Positions 1 through 15,080 of a DNA stretch of 64,000 bases are shown here, one piece after another (the first letter of the stretch is position 1; the number at the start of each line of letters is the position of its first letter). The stretch is from the human T2T-CHM13v2.0 reference genome, Homo sapiens. The DNA lies in NCBI RefSeq assembly GCF_009914755.1, contig NC_060926.1; one strand, written 5' to 3'. The translations under genes and the position numbers were made by a program. The notes under the pieces were generated by a model. That model saw nothing but the letters and a program-made list of their open reading frames with translations, made no database searches and was not told where the DNA came from.

Positions 1-1099
1 TTCTTTTGGACTAGTTTTTTCTTTGGTTGGCTGTAGTCACACTGGGAATTACTTTATTCTCTAATATTGCTAAAGAAAATAAATGTAAAGCAAGAAGAGA
101 GTTACTACATTAGAAGGACTGGCTACACATGTGGGGAGGGGTTGCCTTTCAAAAGATTTTAAAAATGAATCAAGTCTTTACATATTGTAATAAAAGTAAG
201 CCTATTTATAAAGCTTAGAGGGAGGAGTTTTCGTAGTTATGATTATTAACTTTAAAATTTTTATTTTAAAGGAAAAGTTTATTGTTCTTCCCATCTTCAT
301 AACTATATGTGATATATCAAGCTTGCTCCAAGGCATTATTTCAAGAGGAAGGGGCATGGACAAGTTATGAGATCTTGGCACATTTCTAAAACTCTGAGAT
401 TAACTTTTAAAATTTGTAAACCAAGATGTAGTAAATGAATTGATAACTCCACATAACATGGTAGCTGGTCCAGAGTAGATCTTACATATTAGTTTTTAAT
501 CTATCTTTAAGTCCCATTTAAAAGGATATGGTATGTAAAACATTAAAAAATATAGATTTGGTTCTTGGGGGATATTTACATTTGCAGGTTACTTATCAGT
601 CAGTTAATGTGAAATAATACTCTGACTAAATGATACAGCCAAAGAACATATCATTATAGAGAGCCAGATAGCTGCCAATAAATATCTAGAATATTCAGAT
701 ATCGTGGTTCCTTACAAAGAGTTCTTTAAGGTCTCACTGTTTTAGCATGCATTAAAAAGAAACAATGGACTAAATCGTCTCTATTTATTAGTGGGAATTT
801 AAAATATCTTTTTTTCTTGGACAACTTCTCTTAAACTTTTTAAGTGTTTTAAAACTTTTTAGTAGAAGTAAAGTTTTGAAAGATTCTCAAGTCTGTTTTT
901 TAGGTACCAGCTACTTTAAGCTTTGAAAACACAAAGCTATTCAATGACTGTACTTTGAGATCAATATTTTGAATGTGGTATAATATTTTGGACTAAAACT
1001 TAAGAGTCTGTCATTCAAATTCCTACTTTCCTACTGACTCTTCTTTGACCTTTGACAGCCATTAAGATTTCACTTTACTCACCCTAAATTAAAGAGGGT

Positions 1100-2040
1100 G
1101 AAATAGGTATTCATTCACTTAACAAATCAATATTGAACTACATGCTAGACACTATGGTAAGTGCTTGGGATACATTATTAAACATGAAGACAGATATGAT
1201 TATGCCTTTCTGAAGCTTATAGTCATAAAGTAAGTAGTCAAATGAACAACATAATTACAGATTGTCATACGTGCTCGGACAGAAACTAACAGGGTGCCGA
1301 GAGGATTACTCTTTATTTGCCTTATCACATATCACATCTGTTTACTTTATCTGCCTATTTCTTTTTTTTTTGAGACTGAGTCTCGCTCTGTTGGCCAGGC
1401 TGGAGTGCAGTGGTGCAATCTTGGCTTACCACAACCCCAGCCTTCCAGTTCAAGTGATTCTCCTGCCTCAGCCTCCTGAGTAACTGGGACTACAGGCATG
1501 CGCCACCATGCCTGGCTAATTTTTGTATTTTTGGTAGAGAGGGGGTTTAACCATGTTGGGCAGGCTGGTCTCGAACTCCTGTCTCAAGTGATCTGCCCTC
1601 CTTGGCCTCCCAAAGTGCTGGGATTACAGGTGTGAGCCACCGCGCCTGGCCTATTTCTTATTTGTCCTTTCTAATATTAGAATGTAAGCTCTACTGGGGT
1701 GGGGAAGGGTGTGACTTTTTCTTAATACTTCCAATGCATGGCACAGTTTCTGGCACAGAGGCGAAGCTCAGTGAATATTTAACTAGCTGCCTGAAGCAAT
1801 GAATGCAGTGATGGGACTGGAGAGATAGGGACAGGATCATGCAGGTCTTTGATGTAACAGGGGAAGGAGTTAGAATAAAATGCAAATGGCAGTGTGAAGC
1901 AAAGAGTTTTAAGGAAGAGCAGATCTGGGTTATGTGTTGAGATCACTTTGGCAGCTATCTGAAAAACATACTGGAAGAGTGTAGGAGGGAAGAGGTGAGA
2001 CCATTAGGAACCTGTTGCATCAGTGTAAGCTAGAGAGACT
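1100..2040. mobile_element. Degenerate L2 fragments flanking the Alu
   Basis: attcattcacttaacaaat..., ctggcacagag..ctcagtgaatatt..gaatgaatg and agatcactttggcagct motifs typical of L2 3' regions. Confidence 0.6.
1362..1651 (-). mobile_element. Alu (AluS-type)
   Basis: Poly-T then tgagac...ctcccaaagtgctgggattacagg...cctggcc; TSD-like ctatttct. Confidence 0.97.
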
Positions 2041-4303
2041 CTCCTAGATCCCTTCCAGCTTTGAACATTCTCTGATTGTATTGTAAAGCTTGCCTACACT
2101 TATCAGTCTTCCTTTTGTATCTTATTTTAGTCATCTTATTTTTTTTCCTACTTGTCATTGCTTAAAAAAAAAACATGAATGGATAGGCTTCTTGTGCATA
2201 TGTGAACTTTGAATACAAATTCTCAGAAAAAAGAAATAATGAAACGCAGACTAGAGGTTATTGAATTTTTGTAACAAATTTCTATCTTTAGATTTTGTAC
2301 ATTTGCTAATTTATATATATTCTTATTTAAGCATTCCTATTTCTCTCTGAAATTGGCTTTACTCCTTTTCAGGTGTCTATTTTTTTCATAAGCTTACCAC
2401 CTCTTTATTGTTTCAGATGTAATATACTATATTGTTGGTATGGTTGAAGATTCAGAAGTAGAAACTCAGTGTATTTTATATCTTAATTCTTAGAAATTTG
2501 ATATCTTTTCAGGTTATCAAGGTCTTACAATAAAGGCTGAAAGGATGAATACTTAATACTTTAGGCTATTAGTTTTACTCAGGGCTGCAGCCTCTAACTC
2601 TAGGTATTCAGCTTGAATGTTTTTATCTGGAAAGATTTCAATCCTCTCCTGTTGGTGGTAAAGAGGTGGTGCTTGGCACAGGGAAATAAGCTCTTTATTA
2701 TGGCAGAAGTTCAGCTGTAGCATCTGTGCCTAGGAAAAACTGCATTATTACACACAGGTAAAACCAGAAGAGATGTTAAACTTTACTGAATTTAAAAAAT
2801 ATAATGGTGCCTGCCTCTTTTCATCTGGTTTCACTTGGATTTTTTCATTTTGGAAGCAGATAAAGCTAACCATCTTTGATAAGCCACCTTCTATAAAGTT
2901 CAGTTTTACCCTATAAATACTATAGGTCATTTTATTTATTATTACCTTAAGTAAAATAGTTCTAGAAGAAGAACTGGATGCTAGGCCTTTCTTTTACCTG
3001 GTAGTGGAGTTTCATACTTCAGGATTAGTGAATACAGTTTGCTAATTAATTTTATATAACCTAAGACTCAAAATGAACTTGTAATAATTACTAAAATTAT
3101 ATGAGGAGAAATGAAAAGTCAATGAGTAAATGAGGACGATGATAAATAATGAATAATTGCAAGATAACATATACAAGACGGATATGGTAATAGTAAAGCA
3201 ATTTGATTAGTGGGCATTCAAAGTAGAATAAAACACCTTTCTGAATGGCCAGAAAAATGGTTGAATAGCCACTGACCATCTTTTTAATTCTATATTATAT
3301 AACAAATCTTTCTTGGTAATCTTTACTTATTTTCCTCCTCAGTTCTTTAGAGATACATATACTTGGTTTGGGTGTTGAATTAGGAAATTAATTGCTAATT
3401 GTAGTTTTTGTTAAAATGTAAATAGAGATTGCTTATTAGCTGAGAGGGTTAGAAATAATAGAGGAAATTAAATTAGCAAGCTTTTACTGCTGGGAGGGCC
3501 TAACAAACTGTCAGGTACTATTTTCTCCAGTAACTACCTTTATCGGAATGATGCTTAGGAAGAATAAACTACTCAAGCTGATCCTCACTTCTGAAGGATG
3601 GAGTAAAAGTAAAAGGTTAGGGTCAGAGAAGAAGGGTGGTTATACTTTATTTTCCTTTTGAATCATTGAAGAGTAGTTTTGACTTTTTACCTGCAGATCT
3701 TATTTTTCACTATTGTATCCCTAGAATATCCCCACATCAAGAACTGTAGTTTCTAGTTAGTCTAGCAACATATATTTAGCAGTCCTCAATTAGACAGTAT
3801 TTTTGTAATTAATATCTAGCCTTGCATCTGTGATGGAAGGAAATCAGCTCACTAAGCCAGAGCACAGAAGAGTAGAGGAGCCTACTCTGTTATAGATAAT
3901 AGAACCATTGAAACGTTATTTGTCAGTTAGGGCTGGTTAATAGAAATAAAAGCTCATTTTGTTGGTACATATGTAGCCGTTTGTTGGCAAGAATGGTTTT
4001 CTTTAAAAAAAAAAAAAAAAAAACAAAAAAACCCCTAACACTTGCTTTATCTTCAGATTCAATGAAAGTAATTAATTATGCAGATCTTTGGGTTGATATA
4101 GTAGAAAGAGCAAACATTCTGCCAGGAGAAAACCTGGGTGTTGTGCCTGTCTACCACAGTATGGAATATCATGTGAACTTGGGAAAATTTCATTACCTTA
4201 GTTTCTATTTTATAGTACCTACCTCAAAGATTTGAGTAAGGATCAGAGGCTACACACACAAGCCCAAGCATACTCACATAAACATATATACATGCGACTT
4301 AAA

Positions 4304-4627
4304 AAAAAATTATTTTAAGTTCAGGAGTACACCTGCAGGTTTGTTACATAGGTAAACTTGTGTCATGGGGGTTTGTTTTATGGATTATTTTATCACCCAG
4401 GTATTAAGCCTAGTACTCATTAGTTATTTTTCCTGATCCTCTCCCTCCTCCCTCCCATAGGCCCCAGTGTTCCCCTCTATGTGTCCATGTCTTCCCATCA
4501 TTTAGCTTTCACTTGTGAGAACTTGTGGTATTTGGTTTTCTGTTCTGTGTTAGTTTGCTAAGCATAATGGCCTTCCAGCTCCATCCATGTCCCTGCGAAG
4601 GACGTGCTCTCGTTTGCTTTTATGGCC
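4304..4627 (-). mobile_element. L1PA (old primate) 3' end, 5'-truncated
   Basis: caggtttgttacataggtaaacttgtgtcatggggg...ccatccatgtccctgc; TSD atacatgcRacttaaa on both sides. Confidence 0.92.
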
Positions 4628-5156
4628 ATACATGCAACTTAAATTATTTTTCTTCTCTCCTACCTTTTGCTGAACATGCAACCTTTAAAACTTTGAAATG
4701 CTATGCCAAATATTTGTAATTAATACAGTTATTTTTTTCAAGGAGTAGAGAGTAATAGGAAGGATTGAAGGGAACTATACCAGCACTTCGAATTCAGAAT
4801 TTGTGATGCCTGATGGGTCGACATTTATCTTTAGGCTGTCTGCAAATAAAGGGGTTAATTCCATAAACAACCAAATATTAGATATTAGAGGGCTTATTCC
4901 TTACAGTGACCTTAAAGGCTCTGTATGATATGGCCCCATTCCATCCTTATCTTTTGCGGTATTGGCCCTCTGGTAGTTCCTACAACAAACCAACTGCTTT
5001 TTATTCCTCTGAGCTTTTTTTCACTTGTTTGTCTTCCATTAATATTTATGACAAGGGCCATATCAGACTTATAATGTAGTTTCTTCCATGCCTGGCACAT
5101 AACAGATGCTTAACAAATATTTATCAATGAATGTTGAATGCTTTCGAGCACTTAGA

Positions 5157-5459
5157 ATGGGGGTCCGCAGACATTTTTGTAAAGGGCCAGATAGTATTTT
5201 AGGCAGTCCCTTTTGCAGTTTCTCAGCTGTGCCAGCTGTAACACAAAAGCAGTCAGACAATATGTAAATAAACTAGTGTCACTGTGTTCCAGTAAAACTT
5301 TATTTGTGGGCACTGAAATTTGAATTTCATATAATTTCATGTGTCACAGAGTATTATTATTTTGATTTTTTTTCAACCATTTAAAAATGTAAAAACCATT
5401 GTTCAGGGGCTATATACAGACTGGATTTTGACCTGAGGGCTGTAGTTTGCCAATCTCTT
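5157..5459. mobile_element. MER58A-like hAT-Charlie MITE
   Basis: tgtaaagggccagatag..attttaggc...gttccagtaaaactttattt...gtagtttgcc. Confidence 0.85.
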
Positions 5460-7434
5460 GGACATTGTATAGGTGGCATCCCTCCCCCACCTTAGAAATA
5501 TGTTTAAAAAACTTTGTTCGGGAGCATTTTCTTATAGAATTATTGTTATATATGTAGGTTAAGTTCCTAGACTAATCCACAATCCTGTTTTACTTCCAGT
5601 GTTTTAGTCTAGCAATACAACTTTGTTTTACCCCCAAGAATAACTCTGTCTCTGAGGGAAAATAGATTTAGTATTCCTTCTTGGACCAGAAGCAGCACAT
5701 ATTCTCCCCAGCACTCTCACAGTTTCCTTCTTCCCTGATCTCTCTTCTACCTGCTGGGGTTTGCATCCTAGGAAATACTCTTCTAGGGGCTCCTGTAGGG
5801 TGGAATGGTAACAAAACTAAAAAGAGCTTTCTGTGTGTGATTAGAGAGGAGGGCATGGGAGGAGAAAGGTGGAGAGAAGAGTGCAAAGTAGTTTCTTTTA
5901 AAACTGCAGATTACAGCCCATTTGAGGCTTATAAAATCAGTGTAGAGGGTCACCACAGACAAAAAAAAAAAAAAGAAAATAGAAAATATTAGAATGAATC
6001 ACCCATAGCATAGTATTGTTTTGTGAAACTTCAGTTGTGTGTGTGATTGTATGTGTGTATGTACTGGGTCACAGTGAAAAATGTGCTATGTGGTCAGAAA
6101 AGTTTGAGAGCCTGTGTTCCAAGGGTTTGGGGTACTGATCCTGAGTTTTTTTGTTTGTTTGTTTTTGTTTTTTTCCCTTACTGTATATGAGGCGCATGAA
6201 AAGTGTAAAGGCAGTCTCTTGATTTCTTGCTACAGTACGTTTTTGGTACTCAGCTACCTTATGAGGTAGTTAACTGTTTTAGAGATGAGAAAACAGGGTC
6301 ATACAGATAAAAAGCTTCACAACTGAGATTGAAACAGAAGCTCACCAGAAGCTCACCTTATTTTAGAATATGTTCTTCTTCCATTATACCATGTTGTTTT
6401 TCCTGTAGGAAAAGGAGCTATGTACGACTTCCTTTGTGTTTTAGAGGACAAAAATTATTCCAGTTGGCCACAGCTCACTGATTTCTTGAGACAAAGCATT
6501 GGCTTTAGTGATAGGACAGGGCCACTGAAAGGTGTGAAGAGAATGGTTAGGAACTCAGTAGAAAGGATGACGTAGTATGTAAGAAAGGAGGGATTTCACC
6601 TTTATTTTCTTCTTTGTCCTCTGTAGTACTATCCCTGCTCCTTCATTCCTCACCACCAGCTGGGCTCTTAACTCATGCTAGAAATAGCACAGAATTGAGG
6701 ATGAGGTTTAGTGAGGAAGGGTAATATAATCATGTCTTTAGCTGAAAGGGGAATGAGGAGGGAAACCCAAGTAGCAGGGCCACCTGGCCACCCAGATGGG
6801 TTGGCTGTTCCCAGGTGGCAATTTACAAGTGGGTGTAGGTAAAACAGGGCCTGCTATTAATTGTGTTACAAGCAGAAGTCTTGGCTGTGGAAACTGGTAG
6901 CTTTGATACGCTAATTGAAAATAGTTCTTTTTAAAGTTATATTAAGGGAAAGCCTGTCTTAAGCAACACTTGGTTAGTCCAGAGTCAGTTACCCATTTTA
7001 AGTACTTAAAAATCATAATATATGTCTTTTAAGAAATCTCTTTTTCTTAGTTTCTGGTAAAAACTAATTTATCCCTGATTCTGATCTCTACCTTAATTTG
7101 GAATGGTTTTGGGAAGAAAAAGATTGATGGGAAGGCTCTTCTTCACTAGGAAAGTAACAGAACCATAGCAGACAGGTTGGTTAATTGAACAGAAAGATGA
7201 GAGATCCTTACAGAATGTGTTCATCTTCCCCAGGCCGAGTTGGGATTCTTGCTTTTACAATGGGAATTACTGTTTCATAGGGAATGAGTTTTAACTATGT
7301 AGTAGTATCTGAAGACTTAGTATTTTTTAGCCCATCACTTGCCCCTACAGTATTGCTTACCATTCTGTATTATAATATCTTGTTAATGTGTCAGGCTCCC
7401 AGCTGACCCTAAGTTGTTACAGATTTTTCAGTGT

Positions 7435-7625
7435 AAAGTTAGTGTGTTCAGCTTAGGTTAAGAGTATTGAAGCCAGATGCCTGGTCCTCGTCTGGAAAAT
7501 GGAGATAATAAGGGTAACCTACTTTACACAGTTGTTATAAAGTGTAAATGAGTTGATAGATGCAAAGTGCTTTGAATGATTTCTCACATGTAGCATTCTA
7601 AATAACTAAATAAATATTAATTGCT
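7435..7625 (+). mobile_element. MIR
   Basis: tctggaaaatggagataataa...aaatgagttgata..tgcaaagtgct MIR core. Confidence 0.75.
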
Positions 7626-7969
7626 GATGCTGCTTGATATTACCCACCAGTGTCAAGCTCTGAACTATTTATTGAATACGAACAAGTTATAATGTAGTGA
7701 ATGTATTCACAATATTGAGGACATTCCAGTATATTTATTGAGAAACTGTACCTTTGTAGATGGCCATGCTGTTTTGTTTAGGATGCAAGTAGTGTTTATT
7801 TATAATATTTGTATTTATTTGACTCTGATTTAATTCTAGAACATCATCTGGTGTTCAGGGAAGAATACTAATATTTTCAATTATGTAGTTTATTGGTATA
7901 GTTTTATGTAAAGATTTTGGGGAGGATCTTTTCAGAAAAGTGTAAAGTAGCATGTCATTCAGTAGTATA

Positions 7970-8221
7970 CAGGTTGAGCATGCCAGATCTGAAAATCCAA
8001 AATTTGAAATTCTTCAAAATTCGGAACATTTTGTGTGACAGCATGATGCTCAAAGGAAATGCTCATTGGAGCATTTCAGATTTCAGATTTTCAGATTTGG
8101 GATGCTTAACTGGTATACCACCAGTATTTTGAAATATTGAAATATTTGAAATCCGAAAAAAAAATCTGAAATCCAAAACACTTCTGATCCTAAGCATTTT
8201 GGATAAGGGATATTCAGCCTG
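7970..8221. mobile_element. Tigger4 (Zombi)-type TcMar MITE
   Basis: TA-caggttgagcat...atattcagcctg-TA: terminal inverted repeats and TA target duplication. Confidence 0.9.
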
Positions 8222-8907
8222 TATTCCCGAATGAGAGCACCTGAAAACCTTCTTTCCAAAGTGAGAGAAAGATAAAGTGGTGTGAATGTGTGAGGGGAAT
8301 AACTGAAATTTCTAAAAGTGTATCTTGTTTTGTTTTCTCAGCATCTGAATATTAACATTTCTGGGTAGTTTCCGTGTTTTATAGTTTTTTAAGTGATTTC
8401 ATGTCTGTTTCTGTTGATCCTATTTGAGCCTGTTTGAACTAGGTTCTGTTTTGTTTTAACTCAAACCCTGAGATAATGCAATTTGCCTGAAGTCACTAAT
8501 CAGTGGAGCTAGAACTAAAACCCTGATTTTCAAGTTCAGTGTTCTTTTGTAGTAGCAAAAAATGCTTTCTGGCTTTTAGAGAGTCCCCTTCCACTGTCTC
8601 CCATCCTTAGTGTTTGCAGTGATTTATAGAGTTGGTTGCTTTGCAGATAATCTTTGTACCACACTTTCAGAAACCCATGTTTAGAGTCTGGGGAGCCAGA
8701 AGTAGCAATATAGCAATAATAAGCACCAAAGCGAACTCTAATTCTAGGGCAGATTTTTTTTTTTTTTGGAGTAGGGGTCTTGCTTGGCTAGCTTGATGTT
8801 GTAACTATAAATCCACATGTTAATTGTTGCCTGAAGTAAATTTGTAGGTAAATCCTGCCATTGATTGCTGCAGATGTGCTTTTCTCAATCACTTTTGCTT
8901 TTGATTA

Positions 8908-9249
<342 letters not shown>

Positions 9250-9409
9250 CTAGATCAGTCTCATTACACATGTGCCAGAATTTTACATTATTTTCACATT
9301 ACTACATTACTTGGGTCAAAATTGGAACTGGCAAGTTATGTCACAGCACAACCATTATGTATAACAATAGTATTGCTAATGATTACCGTTTGTTAAAACT
9401 GTCATTATT

Positions 9410-9600
9410 AACCACCACTTATAGCATGCTCCCTGCTAAGTGCTATTAAGTTTTCATGATAATGTGCCTGACTAGCCCTACAAGGTAATTGTTACCCCAT
9501 TTTATAGATAAGGAAACTGAGACTCAGTGACTTGCCTAAGGCTATGTAATTAAGTAAGTAGCAGAACTTAGGTCTGTAAGGCTTACATCTATTCTTTGGT
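9410..9600 (-). mobile_element. MIR
   Basis: ccccattttatagataaggaaactgagactcag..gacttgcctaagg. Confidence 0.8.
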
Positions 9601-9835
9601 ATCTACTATGCTAAAATAATGAGTTACCAATTCCAGGACTGTGTGATGTTTTTTGAACCTGTTCTGCCAAGGTTCTCTATCCTGCTCAAGTTAACAGCAA
9701 CTACTGTTGCCAGCACCCCTTGAAACCTATGATGTGGTAAAAACTGCTGACTTACCAAATTGAAGTGAATGATGGTCTACTATGTTTCCTGTGGCTGATA
9801 ATAGCAGAGCTTTCTCCACCTCTGAAATGAAAGTA

Positions 9836-10245
9836 CACTGCTTGACCCTTGAACAACGTGGGGATTAGGGGTATTGACACCCTGTGAGGTTGAAAATCCA
9901 GATATAACTTTTGACTCCACCAGAAGTTAACTAATAATACCCTGTTATTGACTGGAAGCCCTACTGATAACATAAACAGTTGATTAACGCATGTTTTGTA
10001 TGTTATATGTGTTACACATATACATACTATTTTGTATGTTTTATTGTATTCTTACAATAAGGAAGCTAAAGGAAAGAAAATGCTATTAAGAAAAATCATA
10101 AGGGAGGGAAAATATTTTTACTCTTCATTAAGTGGAAGTAGATTAGTCTTGCTATCTCAGGGATGGCAGAGGTAGAAGAAAGTCTGCATACAGGTGGATT
10201 CACACAGTTCAAACCCATGTTTGAGGGTTGTTTGAGGGTCAGCTG
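9836..10245. mobile_element. Tigger2a-like TcMar element
   Basis: TA..ttgacccttgaacaac...gttgtttgagggtcagctg-TA TIRs. Confidence 0.88.
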
Positions 10246-10677
10246 TAATTGTCCATAGCTGCTTAAAAACTGAGTAACAGAAGTTGTTCCTTTTGGTTAT
10301 ATAGTGAGCCAGAATCAGAACTAGGTCAGAATTCATTTGCTCTGATCACCACTTGAGTAATTAGAGAATCAAATGTTCAAAGTAAATGCATCTTCTTAAA
10401 ATGATTATACCTTGACTCAGAGAAGTTGAATTAATTGAAATTTGCTCATGTAGAAGAAAACAAATCCATGTTGCTTTTGACTCATATTTAGAACATAATT
10501 TAATGTTAGTGGTCATTAATTGCTCATTGGTGCCTGTTTCCTGTGTTGGGTGAGTGAGCAAGAACATGCTAGATAAGTACGAATAGTTCTGGCATTAGGA
10601 TTTGTGGTTCCCCTCTTCACATTATTTTTAAGACAAATTGATTAAATGATGTAGCATACTTTGTTTTTCCTAATTGA

Positions 10678-11000
<323 letters not shown>

Positions 11001-11599
11001 TGTTATTGTAACTTTTAAAGTATCAATTAGCTTGCAGAAACTGAGATATGAAGAGAATAGGAAGAAAGGGAAATTTCTTATCTGTGTTTTTTAGGCTAGG
11101 GAATATGAATAAAAGGTGGCAAAGGAGTAGTGAAGACAAGTAAAAAATTCCTAGGGACTTGATTTGAATTTAAGGGATGGAATTTATAGAAAACCAAATA
11201 TAGCCATAATCCGTTTAGTTATAATTTCCATTATAATTAAACAATAATCCACTTAGTTGTTGAAATCAACCAACAATTAAGGGGACCCTACTATGTTCGT
11301 CTCATTGTGCCAGGTACTATGGAGCTTACAAAAAGAGTGTAAAGTTTTTAATTGTCTAAGAAAACAGTCACTTTGGAATGATAATCCATATGCTCTAAAA
11401 ATACACATTCTGAAACTAAAAATGCAATATAAAAACATGAGATACATTGATTACTAAAATTAATGATATCTGACACCAAGTGACTTTTTTTTTTTGGGAG
11501 GCTTGGCTTATCTTTTAGGACTTCACTAGGTTAGGGATGCATTTCAGATTCTACTCCACCTAGTCTTAGTTCTTGGCCTTGTTTCTTTCTGAATTTATT

Positions 11600-12390
11600 G
11601 CTGCTAAAATAAAACCACCACGAGGATAGGGATTGTGGCCCTCGTGTTTATTACCACAGTCCTAGTGTCCAGTGCTCAATAAATACTGTTGAATAAATTA
11701 ATATGAAAGTCTTCCTTTTTCCTCTCACCGTCCAGTTTCTTCAAATGATTCCTCTGTATGTGGCTCCACATCCGTACCTTTTGTTCCCTCTTTAACCAAC
11801 TGTTAACCTAAAGTAAGTGACATAATTCTCTCAAAGATTAAGGATTTTTTAGTAGCCTAATCTAAAGCATTCTTATTATATTTGATTATGAATTGACTTT
11901 TCTATAAGTTTGACGCTATTGTCTGCCTGTTTCTTCTCAAAGTTCTCTTGTCCTGTTACACTCCCAATTCTGTAGCCCCTTGCTACCTCAGTATTCATTC
12001 TGCCCATCCTTTTTGTGTTGCTGTTTCTCAGAGTTTAATCCTTAATGGAATTTTGCTCTACATACCCTTCCTGTTGAAGTAATCCCATCTCATCTTCACT
12101 TTTTGACTAAGTGTAGGAGATGTCCAGAGTTACCTTGCTGATTCTGATCTCCCTCCTGAGCTCCAAACTTATTTATTAGTCATCTAGTAAATGTTAAGTA
12201 TATGTCACAACTGGGAGAAGAGATGAATAAGACACAATCTTTACCCTAGGGGATTCATAGCCTAGTGGGAGGAGAATGATTAGTAAACTAGCATTTATGC
12301 AGCACATGGAATCTATGTTAGAGTCCCTTGGGATAGCAGAAGCAGCTTTTGGAGTGGGGTCAGGTAATTTTTCCTACAGGGACACTTGAG
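11600..12390. mobile_element. Degenerate L2 fragments
   Basis: gtgctcaataaatactgttgaataaat (L2 3' end), ctctcctgagctcca-like and aataagacacaatc..catagcctagtgg motifs. Confidence 0.55.
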
Positions 12391-12780
12391 GTGATCTTGA
12401 AGGATGGATGATTAGGAGTTCACCAGGTAAATAGAGAGGGAGGAATATTTTATGTTTTCTCTGTCAGGCCTGGTGAGTTGCTCCCTGGTGGTGAGACAGC
12501 TCAGTATGGACAAGTTTTCCAAGGCCCGAGGACAGTTAGAGAGTAGGCCCAGGGGAGCCAATGTCATGGCCAACAAAATGGTATCAAGCATTAAAGCCAG
12601 AGGGTTAGAAGTGACTGAGAAAACAGGGGAGTTAATAACAAACGAAATACATGACTACTCATTCAAAGCAGTGTATGTAAGGGAATGATTTAGACTAAGA
12701 CTCTGAAAGTGGCATGCGCTGGGTTTGTCCTTTTCAGTGATACCTGTTGTATATTGCCGTAGCCACCATGATAGATTAAA

Positions 12781-12935
12781 GCAGTGCTTCTCCAGCTTTA
12801 ATATGCATAGGAACCGCATGGAGATATTGTTAAAATGTAGATTTTGATTTGTTAAATCTGGAGTGGGGCCTGAGGTTCCGCATTTCCAAGAGGCTCCCAG
12901 TGATGCCATGCTTGGTTCAGGGACCGTACTTTCAG
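12781..12935. mobile_element. MER5A-like hAT MITE
   Basis: cagtgcttctc...ttgttaaaatgtagatt..ggggcctgag..gcatttc..gctcccagtgatgc. Confidence 0.82.
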
Positions 12936-12999
12936 AAGAAAGAGATTAAAGGAGCCAAGAATGGCCAAATGCAGAGGAAACAATTTATACAGGCACATG

Positions 13000-14560
13000 A
13001 ATAATTGTTATGTGTTTCAGGAACTGAGATTAGTTCAGGACACTGAGATCTTAAGGCATATATGGGGGATGGAGCAGTAATGGGAGACGAGTCTGCAGAG
13101 GTGGGTAGGGGTCAGGTTATGAGGGGCTGGATTTGCTAGCGAGTGTTAACTTCATGCCAAGGACTGTGGAAGGGCCATTTTGAGCAGAAGAGTACTATTA
13201 TCATTCAATGCTTTAGAATGAAGAGATGAATTAGGTTTTTATCAAGTTGAGTTCAAAGTACTTGTGGCCCATTCTGATAGGGATATCAAATAAGTAGTAG
13301 AGGTAGATCTAAGCTGGGCAGAGAGATTTGAGTATTCAGCCAATAGATGTACAGCATGAAATCAACTAGGCAGAATGAGGAATGAAAACAGACCAAAGAT
13401 CTAACTCTGGGGAATGCTGTCATTTTCAGAGCAGGGAGAGAAGTTAAGGAAGAGCTTGTAGAGAAGATCAAGGTGTGTCCAGAAAGGTAGAAGGAAAACA
13501 AGTATCGTTTCATTGTAAGAAATCTAGATGGAGACAGTATTAAAAAAATGTCAGATCTAATAAGGTAGAGCCTGAAAAGTCACCACTAGATTTGTCAATT
13601 AGGAGATTATTTGTAACTTTACCAAGAGACATTTTGGTAAAGTGGTGGAGACAAAATCCATGTTGTAGGAGATGAGTAGTGAAATGTAGATGAGGAAGTG
13701 GTTTCAGCTGTGGTCTATTACTTTTCAAGAAATGTTGGCTAAGAAGGGATGTAAAGAGGTGGGGAAGAAAGCCAGAGTCGAGATGTTTCTGTGCTTAAGA
13801 GTTGAGTTCAGGAGAGAGCTTACAGAAAGGGGAAAATTAAAATTGAAACCATTTGGAGCCAGAAACTTGGCTGCCATCTTCAACGTGTTCTTCATAATGT
13901 TCTTCAAAATCCAAGCAATTACTAAGTTCTGTCAGTTTGACTTTCCATGTGTTTCTTGAGTCTATACCTGCTTCCTTTCCATTACCAATGTGTTAGTTCC
14001 ATCCTTACCATCTCGTATCTGGACTCTTTAAGTGGACCTATTCCTCCCTTACTCCAGAAACTAAACAAAGCAAACAAAAATGCACCAGGGAAACAGAAAA
14101 CTTCCCTTCCACACTCTTTGCTAGAAACCGTGGAGATTACAGAAACTAAGGGATCTATGAAAATGTACAGATCTGCTCCTGACAGTTAACTTCTTAAAAC
14201 CCCTTACTTCTTGTCACTTACAAATGGTGAAAGTCAAGCTTTTTAACAATACACGCAGTACCCCCAAGATTATTCTTTTCCAGCTTCATTTCCTGCCACT
14301 CACTGCCTCCCACTTTAATCTTACAACACTAGAAGACTTCTGATCTTTACTACCCTTGTGCCTTGTGCCTCTACACTCCGCTGATTTTGTACTTCCTGCA
14401 ATTACTGTGGGACACCTCTATCTCACCTCTTCCCTAGCAAGTTGTTAGGTGCTTCTTTCTGTGTTCCCATAGCACCTTACTTATTTACTGATTGTTACAC
14501 TTTCTACATTATTATTTTCTCTACTTCTCTCTCTTCACGTTAGAACTTAACAAGTTTTTC
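13000..14560. mobile_element. Degenerate L2 fragments in both orientations
   Basis: Purine-rich L2 ORF2-like stretch (13050-13760) followed by pyrimidine-rich L2 stretch (13855-14560). Confidence 0.55.
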
Positions 14561-15080
14561 TCATTCATCTCTGTATTCTCCGTGAGTGGCTCAATGCTGG
14601 TGGAATCGGCGCCCAGTTCACGTTCACTGAAATGTGAAGAGTAATACAAGGAGGTAGTGGCATTTGTCTGGACCTTGGAAGAATGATAGGATGTCACCAA
14701 GTTCCCTTTGATGGGGAAGAGGATTCTGTACAGAGTGGCTAGCATACGCAAGAGCTTTGAGGCAGTCAAGATGATAATATTTATAGATAATGCTGAAAAC
14801 TCCCTTTAGACAGGAGAGAAGAAGTGGAAAATGTAATGGCAGATAACGTTAGAAAAATAAGTTGGGCACAGATGAAATGGAGCCTGGGATGCCATGTTTT
14901 AAGATTTTTCTTTCCTTTTTTCCACTGTAGCAGTGGGCAACCTTTGTGTATTGTTAAAAAGTAGAAAATAACACCAACTCTTGAATTTTGAAGAAAGGTT
15001 CTGTATTTTCTGGAAGTATCTGATGTGGATAATCTGTTCCCTGCCCCCCCCAAGGTTTTAGTCATTTCTGTTTCTGTTAT

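Noticed and set aside
8754-8784. Poly-T plus ggagtaggggtcttgct
   Set aside because: Probably a tiny Alu 3' stub; too short to call.
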